Of a DNA stretch of 64,000 bases, positions 46,934 to 54,820 are shown piece by piece. The notes under the pieces were generated by a model. That model did no database searches. It had not been told where the DNA came from and saw only the letters and a program-made list of their open reading frames with translations. A program made the position numbers and the translations under genes. Source of the DNA: Steroidobacteraceae bacterium (lineage in GTDB: Bacteria > Pseudomonadota > Gammaproteobacteria > Steroidobacterales > Steroidobacteraceae). The stretch spans positions 334,979-398,978 of the forward strand of contig JBFWSR010000001.1 in assembly GCA_050248275.1 (NCBI GenBank), given 5' to 3'. Position 1 is the first letter of the stretch. The number at the start of each line of letters is the position of its first letter.

Positions 46934-49312
46934 TTAACTCGCTGCCTTCAATGTCTGCGTCGGTACTACGCCCAGCGCTTCGCGGATCACATCTTCCACG
47001 CGTTCGCAGAACACGAATTTGATGTCCTTGCGCACGCTTTCCGGCACGTCTTCCAGGTCCTTGCGATTGCGTGATGGCAGCAATATCTTGTGTATGCCGG
47101 CACGGTGTGCAGCGATGGTCTTTTCCTTGATGCCGCCAATGGGCAGCACCAGACCGCGCAGGCTGATCTCGCCGGTCATGGCCACATCGTTGTACACGGT
47201 GCGGTTGGTAAGCAGCGACACCAGCGCAGTGTACATGGACACACCGGCGCTGGGGCCATCCTTGGGAATGGCGCCGGCAGGCACATGGATGTGGATATCG
47301 CTCTTTTCAAACAGCGCCGCATCAATGCCCAGGATTTCCGCCTGTGCTTTCACCAGCGACAGCGCAGCCTGGGCGCTTTCCTTCATGACTTCGCCGAGTT
47401 GTCCGGTGAGAATCAACCGGCCGCCGCCGGGGATGCGCGTGGCTTCGATAAACAGGATGTCGCCGCCTACGGGCGTCCACGCCAGACCCGTGGCCACACC
47501 GGGCACGCTGGTGCGCATCGCGACTTCACTTTCAAAACGCGCAGCGCCCAGAATGTTGTGCAGATCCGCAGCCTCGATGGTTTGCTGAGCGATGATGCCT
47601 TCGGCAATGCGTACCGCCACATTGCGCAGCACCGAACCCATGGTGCGTTCCAGACTGCGGCAGCCGGCTTCGCGGGTGTAATCGCGCACCAGTTGATGCA
47701 AGGCCTCGTCGCTGATCGTCGCCTGTTCGGGCTTCAAACCATTGGCCTGCAGTTGCCGCTGCAACAGATAACGCTTGGCGATCTCGACTTTCTCGTCTTC
47801 GGTATAGCCGGTGAGTTCGATGATCTCCATGCGATCGCGCAAGGGTCCGGGAATGGTGTCCAGTTGATTGGCAGTGGCAATGAACAGCACTTTCGACAAA
47901 TCGAAAGTCACGCCCAGATAGTTGTCGCGGAAGGTGCTGTTCTGCTCGGGGTCGAGCACTTCCAGCAGTGCAGCCGACGGATCACCCTGAATGCCGGCGC
48001 CGAGCTTGTCGATTTCATCCAGCATCAACACCGGATTGCTGGTGCCTGCCTTGCGCAGGGTTTGCACGATGGTGCCCGGCAGCGCGCCGATATAAGTGCG
48101 CCGATGACCGCGAATTTCCGCTTCATCGTGCACGCCGCCCAGACTGACGCGCGCAAACTTCAGGCCCAGCGCGCGGGCAATGCTTTGTCCGAGTGAAGTC
48201 TTGCCCACGCCCGGCGGGCCGACAAAACACAGGATGGGACTGCGTCCCTGTGGATTGAGCTTGCGCACCGCCAGATACTCGACAATGCGCCGCTTGATCT
48301 TGTCCAGGCCATAGTGATCGGTATCCAGCACCAGTCTTGCCCTGGCAATGTCGATGTTTTCCGCATCGAGCCTGGCCCAGGGCATGGCAATCATCCAGTC
48401 CAGCCAGGTGCGCAGCATGGAGTATTCGCCGCTGGCATCGGGCATGCGTTGCAGACGCTTGAGTTCTTTCTTCGCCTGCTCCAAAGCTTCCGGCGGCATG
48501 CCGGCCTTGTCGATGGCTTCAGCCAACTCTTTCAGTTCTTCGGAAGATTCTTCACCTTCACCCAATTGTTTCTGGATCTGGCGCATCTGTTCGCGCAGCA
48601 GGATTTCCTTCTGGCGTTCGTCGATGGCTTCGCGCGTCTGCGATTCGATCTGTCGCTGCAGCTTGAGCACTTCAATGCGATGCGACAGCAATTCGGTGAC
48701 GCGATCCAGGCGCGCGCGTAAATCCAGCTGTTCCAATAGCTGCTGTTTATCCGCAGGTTTCACGTCCATGAAGCTGGCCACCAGATCGGCCAATGCCGAT
48801 GGTGATTCCACGCTTTGTACGGCATTCGCCAGTTCGGCAGGCGCCTGCGGCAACAGCTCAACGGCTTCGCGCGCCAGACGTTTGACGTTCAGCGCCCGCG
48901 CTTCGATTTCATTATCAATTGCCGCGTCGGGCAGATACTCCACACGCGCCATGGTAAAAGGCATGCCGGTCTGGAAATCCAGCACGCGGAAGCGCCGCTC
49001 GCCCTGCACGATCAGATGATGCGCGCCGTCCTGTGCAGTGACATAGCGCAGGATGTTGGCTGCGGTGCCGATGCGATGCAGATCGGCCGCCTGCGGTTCA
49101 TCGGTTTCCGGGTCGCGCTGTAACAGAAAACCAATCTGGCGTTCGGTGCGCACGGCTTCCTGAGCGCCCGCCACCGTGCGGGCGCGATTCATCGTCACCG
49201 GCATGACCACGCCCGGGAACAGCACCAGATTGCGCATCGGCAGGATGATCAGCATGTCATCCGACACGGTCGGGGTGCTGGCAGCTTCAGGGCTTGTATT
49301 GGTTTCGTTCAT
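46934..49312 (-). CDS. lon: ATP-dependent Lon protease
   Basis: Has a LON N-domain, Walker A GPPGVGKTS, and a protease domain with DGPSAGV (catalytic Ser). 792 aa. Confidence 0.95.
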   Translation of the reverse strand: MNETNTSPEAASTPTVSDDMLIILPMRNLVLFPGVVMPVTMNRARTVAGAQEAVRTERQIGFLLQRDPETDEPQAADLHRIGTAANILRYVTAQDGAHHLIVQGERRFRVLDFQTGMPFTMARVEYLPDAAIDNEIEARALNVKRLAREAVELLPQAPAELANAVQSVESPSALADLVASFMDVKPADKQQLLEQLDLRARLDRVTELLSHRIEVLKLQRQIESQTREAIDERQKEILLREQMRQIQKQLGEGEESSEELKELAEAIDKAGMPPEALEQAKKELKRLQRMPDASGEYSMLRTWLDWMIAMPWARLDAENIDIARARLVLDTDHYGLDKIKRRIVEYLAVRKLNPQGRSPILCFVGPPGVGKTSLGQSIARALGLKFARVSLGGVHDEAEIRGHRRTYIGALPGTIVQTLRKAGTSNPVLMLDEIDKLGAGIQGDPSAALLEVLDPEQNSTFRDNYLGVTFDLSKVLFIATANQLDTIPGPLRDRMEIIELTGYTEDEKVEIAKRYLLQRQLQANGLKPEQATISDEALHQLVRDYTREAGCRSLERTMGSVLRNVAVRIAEGIIAQQTIEAADLHNILGAARFESEVAMRTSVPGVATGLAWTPVGGDILFIEATRIPGGGRLILTGQLGEVMKESAQAALSLVKAQAEILGIDAALFEKSDIHIHVPAGAIPKDGPSAGVSMYTALVSLLTNRTVYNDVAMTGEISLRGLVLPIGGIKEKTIAAHRAGIHKILLPSRNRKDLEDVPESVRKDIKFVFCERVEDVIREALGVVPTQTLKAAS

Positions 49313-49320
49313 GCGGGTTC

Positions 49321-49716
49321 TCAGTCGTGTTTGATCAAGTGCAGACTCAAACAGCCGTTGTGTAAAAATTTCTCCTTCAGTTCATAGGTGCCGGGCGGCA
49401 GCTTCACACGGCGCGCGAAACGGCCATAAGGAATCTCCAGTCTATGTATTGTCGCCGTACCGATATTCAAGCTGCAGGGCCGAATGGCTTCGACAAAAAG
49501 ACCGTTATCGTCGAGACGCAGCGTAATATGTTCGAGCGCCACGCCCGGCAAGGCAATGATCAGTTGCAGCTGTGAGCCATCCTGAATCAGGTCGATCGGC
49601 GGCTCCCAGGCGGCTTGATGGCCCGGGCGGAAAAATTGCTGCTGCAGCCGCTCGGCCTGCGAAATCAGTTCACAGGCTTCGGCCCACATCCAGGCTTGGC
49701 GTTGGCGATGCGTCAT
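49321..49716 (-). CDS. Hsp20/alpha-crystallin-family small heat-shock protein (divergent)
   Basis: 131 aa with an ACD-like core (PPIDLIQDGSQLQLIIALPGV...LRLDDNGLFVEA...LPPGTYELKEKFLHNGCLSLHL). Its stop is 8 nt upstream of the lon start. Confidence 0.65.
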   Translation of the reverse strand: MTHRQRQAWMWAEACELISQAERLQQQFFRPGHQAAWEPPIDLIQDGSQLQLIIALPGVALEHITLRLDDNGLFVEAIRPCSLNIGTATIHRLEIPYGRFARRVKLPPGTYELKEKFLHNGCLSLHLIKHD

Positions 49717-49769
49717 GGTCGTTTACTTGGGTCGTAATAAATGGATTCAAGCCCGCTATACTTTTGCGC

Positions 49770-50387
49770 ATGGACAAATCCAGCAGCAACGATCCCAAGA
49801 GACAAGAGTTCGACGCCAAATACTATCGTCGTTTTTACCTACGCGCGGCGACCCGTGCCATGAGCCAGCCGGAAACCGAACGGCGTGCGGCGGTGGTGGC
49901 CAGCATCGTGGCGCAGCTGGAATTGCCGGTGAAGCGCATCCTCGACATGGGTTGCGGTCTGGGCTGGTTCAGGCAACCGTTGTTGTCGGTGTTTCCCAAA
50001 GCCAGCTACACCGGCGTGGAATACAGCGAATACCTGTGCCGTGAATACGGCTGGCAGCAGGGCTCGGTGGTCGATTATGCCGGCCGTGGCCAGTTCGACC
50101 TGATTGTGTGCTGCGATGTGTTGCAGTATCTGGATGACAAAGCGGCCACGCGAGCCATAGACAATCTCGCTCGCCTGTGTCGTGGCGCTTTATATCTGCA
50201 CATTCCCACCCAACGCGACTGGCAGACCCTGATGGACCCCGGCGGCACCGACACCAATGTCCATGTGCGACCCGGCAGCTGGTATCAACAGCGCCTGCGC
50301 AAACATTTCAATCACATCGGCAATGGCGTGCTCATCAGGCGGGATGTGGAGGTGCTGCAGTGGGAATTGCAGAGGCCGTGGCGTTGA
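49770..50387 (+). CDS. Class I SAM-dependent methyltransferase
   Basis: Has ILDMGCGLGW (motif I) and DLIVCCDVLQYL. The start is taken at MDKSSSND, because the upstream part of the ORF is antisense to hsp20. Confidence 0.8.
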   Translation: MDKSSSNDPKRQEFDAKYYRRFYLRAATRAMSQPETERRAAVVASIVAQLELPVKRILDMGCGLGWFRQPLLSVFPKASYTGVEYSEYLCREYGWQQGSVVDYAGRGQFDLIVCCDVLQYLDDKAATRAIDNLARLCRGALYLHIPTQRDWQTLMDPGGTDTNVHVRPGSWYQQRLRKHFNHIGNGVLIRRDVEVLQWELQRPWR

Positions 50388-50397
50388 CCGCATCGAA

Positions 50398-50458
50398 GTA
50401 GGCTGGGTGTCTCACCCAGCTTCTTGAATTCGGACGCTGGGTCCGGGACCCAGCCTAC
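50398..50458. repeat. REP/MITE-like palindromic element with GTAGGCTGGGT termini (copy 2)
   Basis: The sequence is GTAGGCTGGGT-gtctc-ACCCAGC...GCTGGGT-ccggg-ACCCAGCCTAC, two nested hairpins between convergent genes. Confidence 0.65.
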
Positions 50459-50561
50459 AAGTGGAAAGCTACCCGGCTTACGCGTTACTTCTACTCCATG
50501 TTTACTTTCCGTGACATTCCTGTGGTCAATCCGTTCGAGTGTGATAACGATAAATCCTGAA

Positions 50562-52853
50562 TCAACGCTTGCCCGGCCGCTGCGGCGCGCGTGATTTGCC
50601 AGCGGATACGCATGGAATGCTCGCGCCTTTCAAGCCAGTATGCTGCGTGCGTGCAGGCGTGGTAAATGTCTTGCCCTGTTCACCGGCCATTTTGCCATTG
50701 CGCAGTTTGTGCGGCCGGCGCGCGCCTTCGGCCAACTCTCCCGTGCCCTTGGGTTGCCAGGCTGGAATCAGATGATGCTTGCCGGGGCCGATCAAATCGG
50801 CGCGGCCCATGTTTTTCAGGGCTTCGCGTAACAGCGGCCAGTTGTTGGCGTCATGCCAGCGCAGGAAGGCCTTGTGCAGGCGACGCACCTTGATGCCTTT
50901 GGGAATGATTACGGCTTCACTGCTGCGCGTGATCTTGTGCAGCGGATTCTTGCCGGAGTGATACATGGCCGTCGCCGTCGCCATTGGCGAGGGCAGGAAC
51001 GCTTGCACCTGGTCGGCGCGATATCCGTTCTGCTTCAACCACAGCGCCAGTTCCAGCATGTCTTGATCGGTGGTGCCGGGATGCGCCGCGATGAAGTAGG
51101 GAATCAGATACTGTTCCTTGCCGGCTTCCTTCGAAAATTTATCGAACAGCTCTTTGAACTGGTAATACGAACCCACGCCCGGTTTCATCATCTTCGACAG
51201 CGGACCTTCGCCAATGGCTTCGGGCGCAATCTTCAGGTAACCGCCGACATGATGCTGCACCAGCTCTTTCACGTAGGCCGGTGATTCCACCGCCAGGTCG
51301 TAACGCACACCGGAACCGATCAGCACTTTCTTGATGCCCGGCAGAGTGCGCGCGCGCTGATACAACTTGATCAGCGGCGTGTGGTCGGTGTTGAGATTCG
51401 GGCAAATGCCCGGATACACACACGATGGCTTGCGACAGGCTGTTTCGATCTCTTTTGATTTGCAGGCGAGGCGATACATGTTCGCTGTCGGCCCGCCCAG
51501 GTCCGACACCACGCCGGTGAAGCCGGGTACGGTATCGCGGATGGTTTCGATCTCGCGGATGATGGAATCTTCCGAACGATTCTGGATGATGCGGCCTTCG
51601 TGTTCGGTGATCGAACAGAAAGTGCAGCCGCCAAAACAACCGCGCTGAATCGCGATCGAGAAACGAATCATTTCATACGCAGGAATTTTGGCCTTGCCAT
51701 AAAACGGATGCGGCACGCGCTGAAACGGCAGCTCATAAAGCGAATCCATTTCTTTCATCGCCAGCGGAACCGGCGGCGGATTGATCCACAAGTCCACATC
51801 GCCATGACGCTGCACCAGCGCGCGCGCATTGCCGGGATTGGCTTCCAGATGCAGGATGCGCGAGGCATGCGCATACAGAATCGCATCGTCACGCACCTGC
51901 TCATACGAGGGCATACGGATGTAGGACTGACTGCGTTGTTTGTTCGGCACGTCGCGATAGAACTTGACGACGTGCGTCGCTGGCTTGGCGTCCGCTGTTC
52001 CGATCGCTGAGCTTGTCGAAGCGCTCTTCGTTGAACACCCTTCGACAGGCTCAGGGTGCGCAGAGGACTCGGATGGCCTCGCAGGCTCCATTGCATACGG
52101 ATCGCCATATACATCTTTGGGCGGATTCAATTTGCCCGGGGTATCAATGCTGGTGGAATCAATCTCGATCCAGTCAGTCGGCAACTCTTTGCGCAGGAAT
52201 GCAGTGCCTCTTAAATCCGTGATGCTTTCAATCGGTTCGCCCTTGCCCAGGCGATGCGCCAGCTCGATGATCTGTCGTTCCGCATTGCCGTACACCAGCA
52301 GGTCGGCAGCGGCATCCAGCAACACCGAACGCCGCACCTGTTCCGACCAGTAATCGAAATGCGCGATGCGCCGCAGGCTGGCTTCGATGCCGCCGATGAC
52401 AATCGGTACCTCCTTGTAGGCTTCACGCGCGCGCTGCGAATACACAATCACGCAACGATCCGGGCGCTTGCCGCCTTCGCCGCCGGGCGTATAGGCATCG
52501 TCGCTGCGCACGCGGCGATCCGAGGTGTAACGGTTCACCATCGAATCCATGTTGCCGGCGGTAATGCCGAAAAACAGATTGGGCCTGCCCAGCGCCTTGA
52601 ACGCTTCCGCCGAACGCCAGTCCGGCTGCGCAATCATGCCGACGCGAAATCCCTGCGCTTCCAGCACCCGGCCGATAATCGCCATGCCGAAACTGGGGTG
52701 ATCCACATACGCATCGCCGCTGACCAGAATGATGTCGCAGCTGTCCCAGCCCAGCTCGTCCATTTCCGCACGCGACATAGGCAGGAACGGCGCCGTCCCG
52801 AAACGGGACGCCCAGTACTTGCGGTAGGAGAATAGTTCGCGGGCGGCTTGCAT
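50562..52853 (-). CDS. ygiQ: YgiQ-family radical SAM protein
   Basis: Has the UPF0313 N-domain ([33 protein letters not shown]) and the radical SAM cluster motif CFGGCTFC. Basic C-terminal tail. Confidence 0.9.
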   Translation of the reverse strand: MQAARELFSYRKYWASRFGTAPFLPMSRAEMDELGWDSCDIILVSGDAYVDHPSFGMAIIGRVLEAQGFRVGMIAQPDWRSAEAFKALGRPNLFFGITAGNMDSMVNRYTSDRRVRSDDAYTPGGEGGKRPDRCVIVYSQRAREAYKEVPIVIGGIEASLRRIAHFDYWSEQVRRSVLLDAAADLLVYGNAERQIIELAHRLGKGEPIESITDLRGTAFLRKELPTDWIEIDSTSIDTPGKLNPPKDVYGDPYAMEPARPSESSAHPEPVEGCSTKSASTSSAIGTADAKPATHVVKFYRDVPNKQRSQSYIRMPSYEQVRDDAILYAHASRILHLEANPGNARALVQRHGDVDLWINPPPVPLAMKEMDSLYELPFQRVPHPFYGKAKIPAYEMIRFSIAIQRGCFGGCTFCSITEHEGRIIQNRSEDSIIREIETIRDTVPGFTGVVSDLGGPTANMYRLACKSKEIETACRKPSCVYPGICPNLNTDHTPLIKLYQRARTLPGIKKVLIGSGVRYDLAVESPAYVKELVQHHVGGYLKIAPEAIGEGPLSKMMKPGVGSYYQFKELFDKFSKEAGKEQYLIPYFIAAHPGTTDQDMLELALWLKQNGYRADQVQAFLPSPMATATAMYHSGKNPLHKITRSSEAVIIPKGIKVRRLHKAFLRWHDANNWPLLREALKNMGRADLIGPGKHHLIPAWQPKGTGELAEGARRPHKLRNGKMAGEQGKTFTTPARTQHTGLKGASIPCVSAGKSRAPQRPGKR
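52006..52054. repeat. Palindromic repeat element lying in frame inside ygiQ
   Basis: The hairpin is GCTGAGCTTGTCGAAG-18 nt-CTTCGACAGGCTCAG. It translates in the ygiQ frame as ...HPEPVEG...STSSA... and in another frame as LSLSKG...LRQAQ. These are the peptide signatures of a widespread bacterial palindromic repeat. Confidence 0.6.
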
Positions 52854-53042
52854 AGGGCGCGGATTATGGGTGCGGAGGGTTGAAATACCAATAGTCGAAA
52901 GCTTCAGCAGCTGGGCTGGTAGCCGGGCTAAACGGTAATTCCTGTTGCCATTAGGTTAATGTTGGCTGACTTGGGAAGGTTTGCTTCTGGTATCAATGCG
53001 TTTCCGTTTTGCAGGCCTGCTTCGTCTAGGCATTAAGGCTGA

Positions 53043-53651
53043 ATGCCCACCCAGGAATTCACTCGTCCGATGACGACATTAGATAATCCAACTCCGGAAC
53101 CGATGGATGAGAGCACAGAGAATGCTCCTTCCCACGCGGCTGCCGTCAAACAGCTGTTCGATGAGCATAACCGGACGTTGATCGGCTTCCTGCATGCGCG
53201 CCTGCATAGCGAGGCAGAAGCCCGGGATGTCGCTCAGGAGGCTTATGTCCGCCTGCTGGAGCTCGACAATCCCGACGCCGTAGGGTTTCTCCGCGCCTAT
53301 CTATTCCGGATTGCCGCCAATCTGGCGGTGGACCGGCTGCGTCACCGCACTGTGCGGGATGATCCCGCCCTGCAAATGGAGCTTGCCGAACTTGCCGACG
53401 AGCGCGATCCCGAGCGGATCGTGATTGCTTCCGAAGAGCTTGCTGTCGTGCGCACCGTGGTACTCACCCTGCCGGAGAAATGTCGCAGGGCTTTTCTCTG
53501 GCATGTCTTCGATGGTCAGAGCACATCGGAGATCGCGGCGCGTCTGGGCCTCACTGACCGCATGATCCGCATGTACATCGCCCAAACCCTGGCGGCCTGT
53601 CGCACGGAGCTGGATGCTCGGGGTACAAAGGATGGGAGGGTGTCGCGATGA
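53043..53651 (+). CDS. ECF sigma factor (FecI-like)
   Basis: Has a sigma-70 region 2 (DVAQEAYVRLLE...YLFRIAANLAVDRLR) and region 4 (EIAARLGLTDRMIRMYIAQ). ATGA overlap with the fecR-like gene. Confidence 0.88.
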   Translation: MPTQEFTRPMTTLDNPTPEPMDESTENAPSHAAAVKQLFDEHNRTLIGFLHARLHSEAEARDVAQEAYVRLLELDNPDAVGFLRAYLFRIAANLAVDRLRHRTVRDDPALQMELAELADERDPERIVIASEELAVVRTVVLTLPEKCRRAFLWHVFDGQSTSEIAARLGLTDRMIRMYIAQTLAACRTELDARGTKDGRVSR

Positions 53652-54742
53652 ACATGGCTGACGGCAACAGACCCAGTGTGACCGATCGCGTCAGCGAAGC
53701 GGCCGATTGGCTGGTACGCCTGCAGGAAGACAGTGTCACTGAGGCTGAAATCGCTGCATGGCTCAAATGGTGTGCGGCCGACAGTTTGAACCTCGAAGCA
53801 TTCGAGCGAGTGCAGCAACTTTACGATCAGTTGCAGTCGCTGCCGTCCGCCAAGAAACAGGAGTTTCTCAGGCTGCAGCGCGCCATCGTGACGAACGATC
53901 CGGTTTCAGCGGGTTGGCGACCCATGGACTGGTTCAAGGAACGTGCGTGGACACTGGGTGCAGGTGCATTGGCGGCATCCATGACGGTTGTGGTGCTGCT
54001 CATGTCTTATAACCGCACGCCCGCAGTTGAAACGGTTGTCTACCAGGCGCCGCGTGGTTTTCAGCAAACCGTGCTGCTGGCTGACCGCTCGCGCGTTACT
54101 TTGGCAAGCTCGTCCAAAGTGCTGTCGCATTTCACAGCAGATCATCGTTACATTGATCTGCGCGAAGGGGAGGCATACTTCGAGGTTCAGCATGATCGTG
54201 CGCGTCCCTTCGTCGTCAAGGCCGGCGCAATAACGGTTACGGCTGTTGGAACCAAATTCAACGTACGCAGAACCGGGCTGCGTACCATCGTCGCCGTGAC
54301 GGAAGGCGCCGTCGATGTGACAACTGATAAGGACAGAATATTGTCGAATACAGACCAACTGCAAGATGGTGGTAATGATCTGACCATGCCCGTGAGAGTC
54401 CGGGCAGGCCAGCAAGCCATAGAGGTTCCGGAACAGCATGGACTTGCCGTCTCGGATGCGAACCTGGGTATGGCCACCGGCTGGCAGCAGGGACGTCTGG
54501 AATACGTGATGGAACCGTTAAAGAGTGTAGTCGCCGACGTTAACCGCTATGCAGCGCATCCTGTCGTGATCAGCGACCCGCGTGTTGGTGATCTGGTGTT
54601 CACGGGTACGGTATTCATTGATCGCATCGATGATTGGGCGATGACGCTGCCCGGCGCTTTTCCGATTACTTCTTTGGTTGCTGCGGACGGCACGGTAATG
54701 CTCAAGTTCCGTTCCGATGACAAGCGCAACGATTTCCGATAA
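53648..54742 (+). CDS. FecR-family anti-sigma/transmembrane sensor
   Basis: Has the N-terminal AADWLVRLQE motif, one TM helix, and a FecR domain (LADRSRVTLASSSKV...GEAYFEV). Confidence 0.88.
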   Translation: MNMADGNRPSVTDRVSEAADWLVRLQEDSVTEAEIAAWLKWCAADSLNLEAFERVQQLYDQLQSLPSAKKQEFLRLQRAIVTNDPVSAGWRPMDWFKERAWTLGAGALAASMTVVVLLMSYNRTPAVETVVYQAPRGFQQTVLLADRSRVTLASSSKVLSHFTADHRYIDLREGEAYFEVQHDRARPFVVKAGAITVTAVGTKFNVRRTGLRTIVAVTEGAVDVTTDKDRILSNTDQLQDGGNDLTMPVRVRAGQQAIEVPEQHGLAVSDANLGMATGWQQGRLEYVMEPLKSVVADVNRYAAHPVVISDPRVGDLVFTGTVFIDRIDDWAMTLPGAFPITSLVAADGTVMLKFRSDDKRNDFR

Positions 54743-54765
54743 CGCCCCTTCGTTCGTCATAGCTC
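54728..54765 (+). promoter_or_regulatory. Conserved 38-nt block upstream of TonB-dependent transducer 1 (candidate ECF-dependent promoter/operator)
   Basis: AACGATTTCCGATAACGCCCCTTCGTTCGTCATAGCTC recurs with 4 mismatches at 59862..59899, upstream of the paralogous receptor. It contains CGTC, as do many ECF -10 elements. Confidence 0.3.
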
Positions 54766-54820
54766 TGTATTCGCCGTATGACAGCATGGAATAAAAATAT
54801 TTTCGGGGGAACTGAATCAA

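Noticed and set aside
47019-49019. Plus-strand ORFs opposite lon (47090-48196, 368 aa, and others)
   Set aside because: They are shadow ORFs. The Lon motifs are on the minus strand.
52854-53042. Fur box upstream of the ECF sigma gene
   Set aside because: One would be expected for FecI-type systems. I found no convincing match to GATAATGATAATCATTATC by eye, so iron regulation is unproven here.
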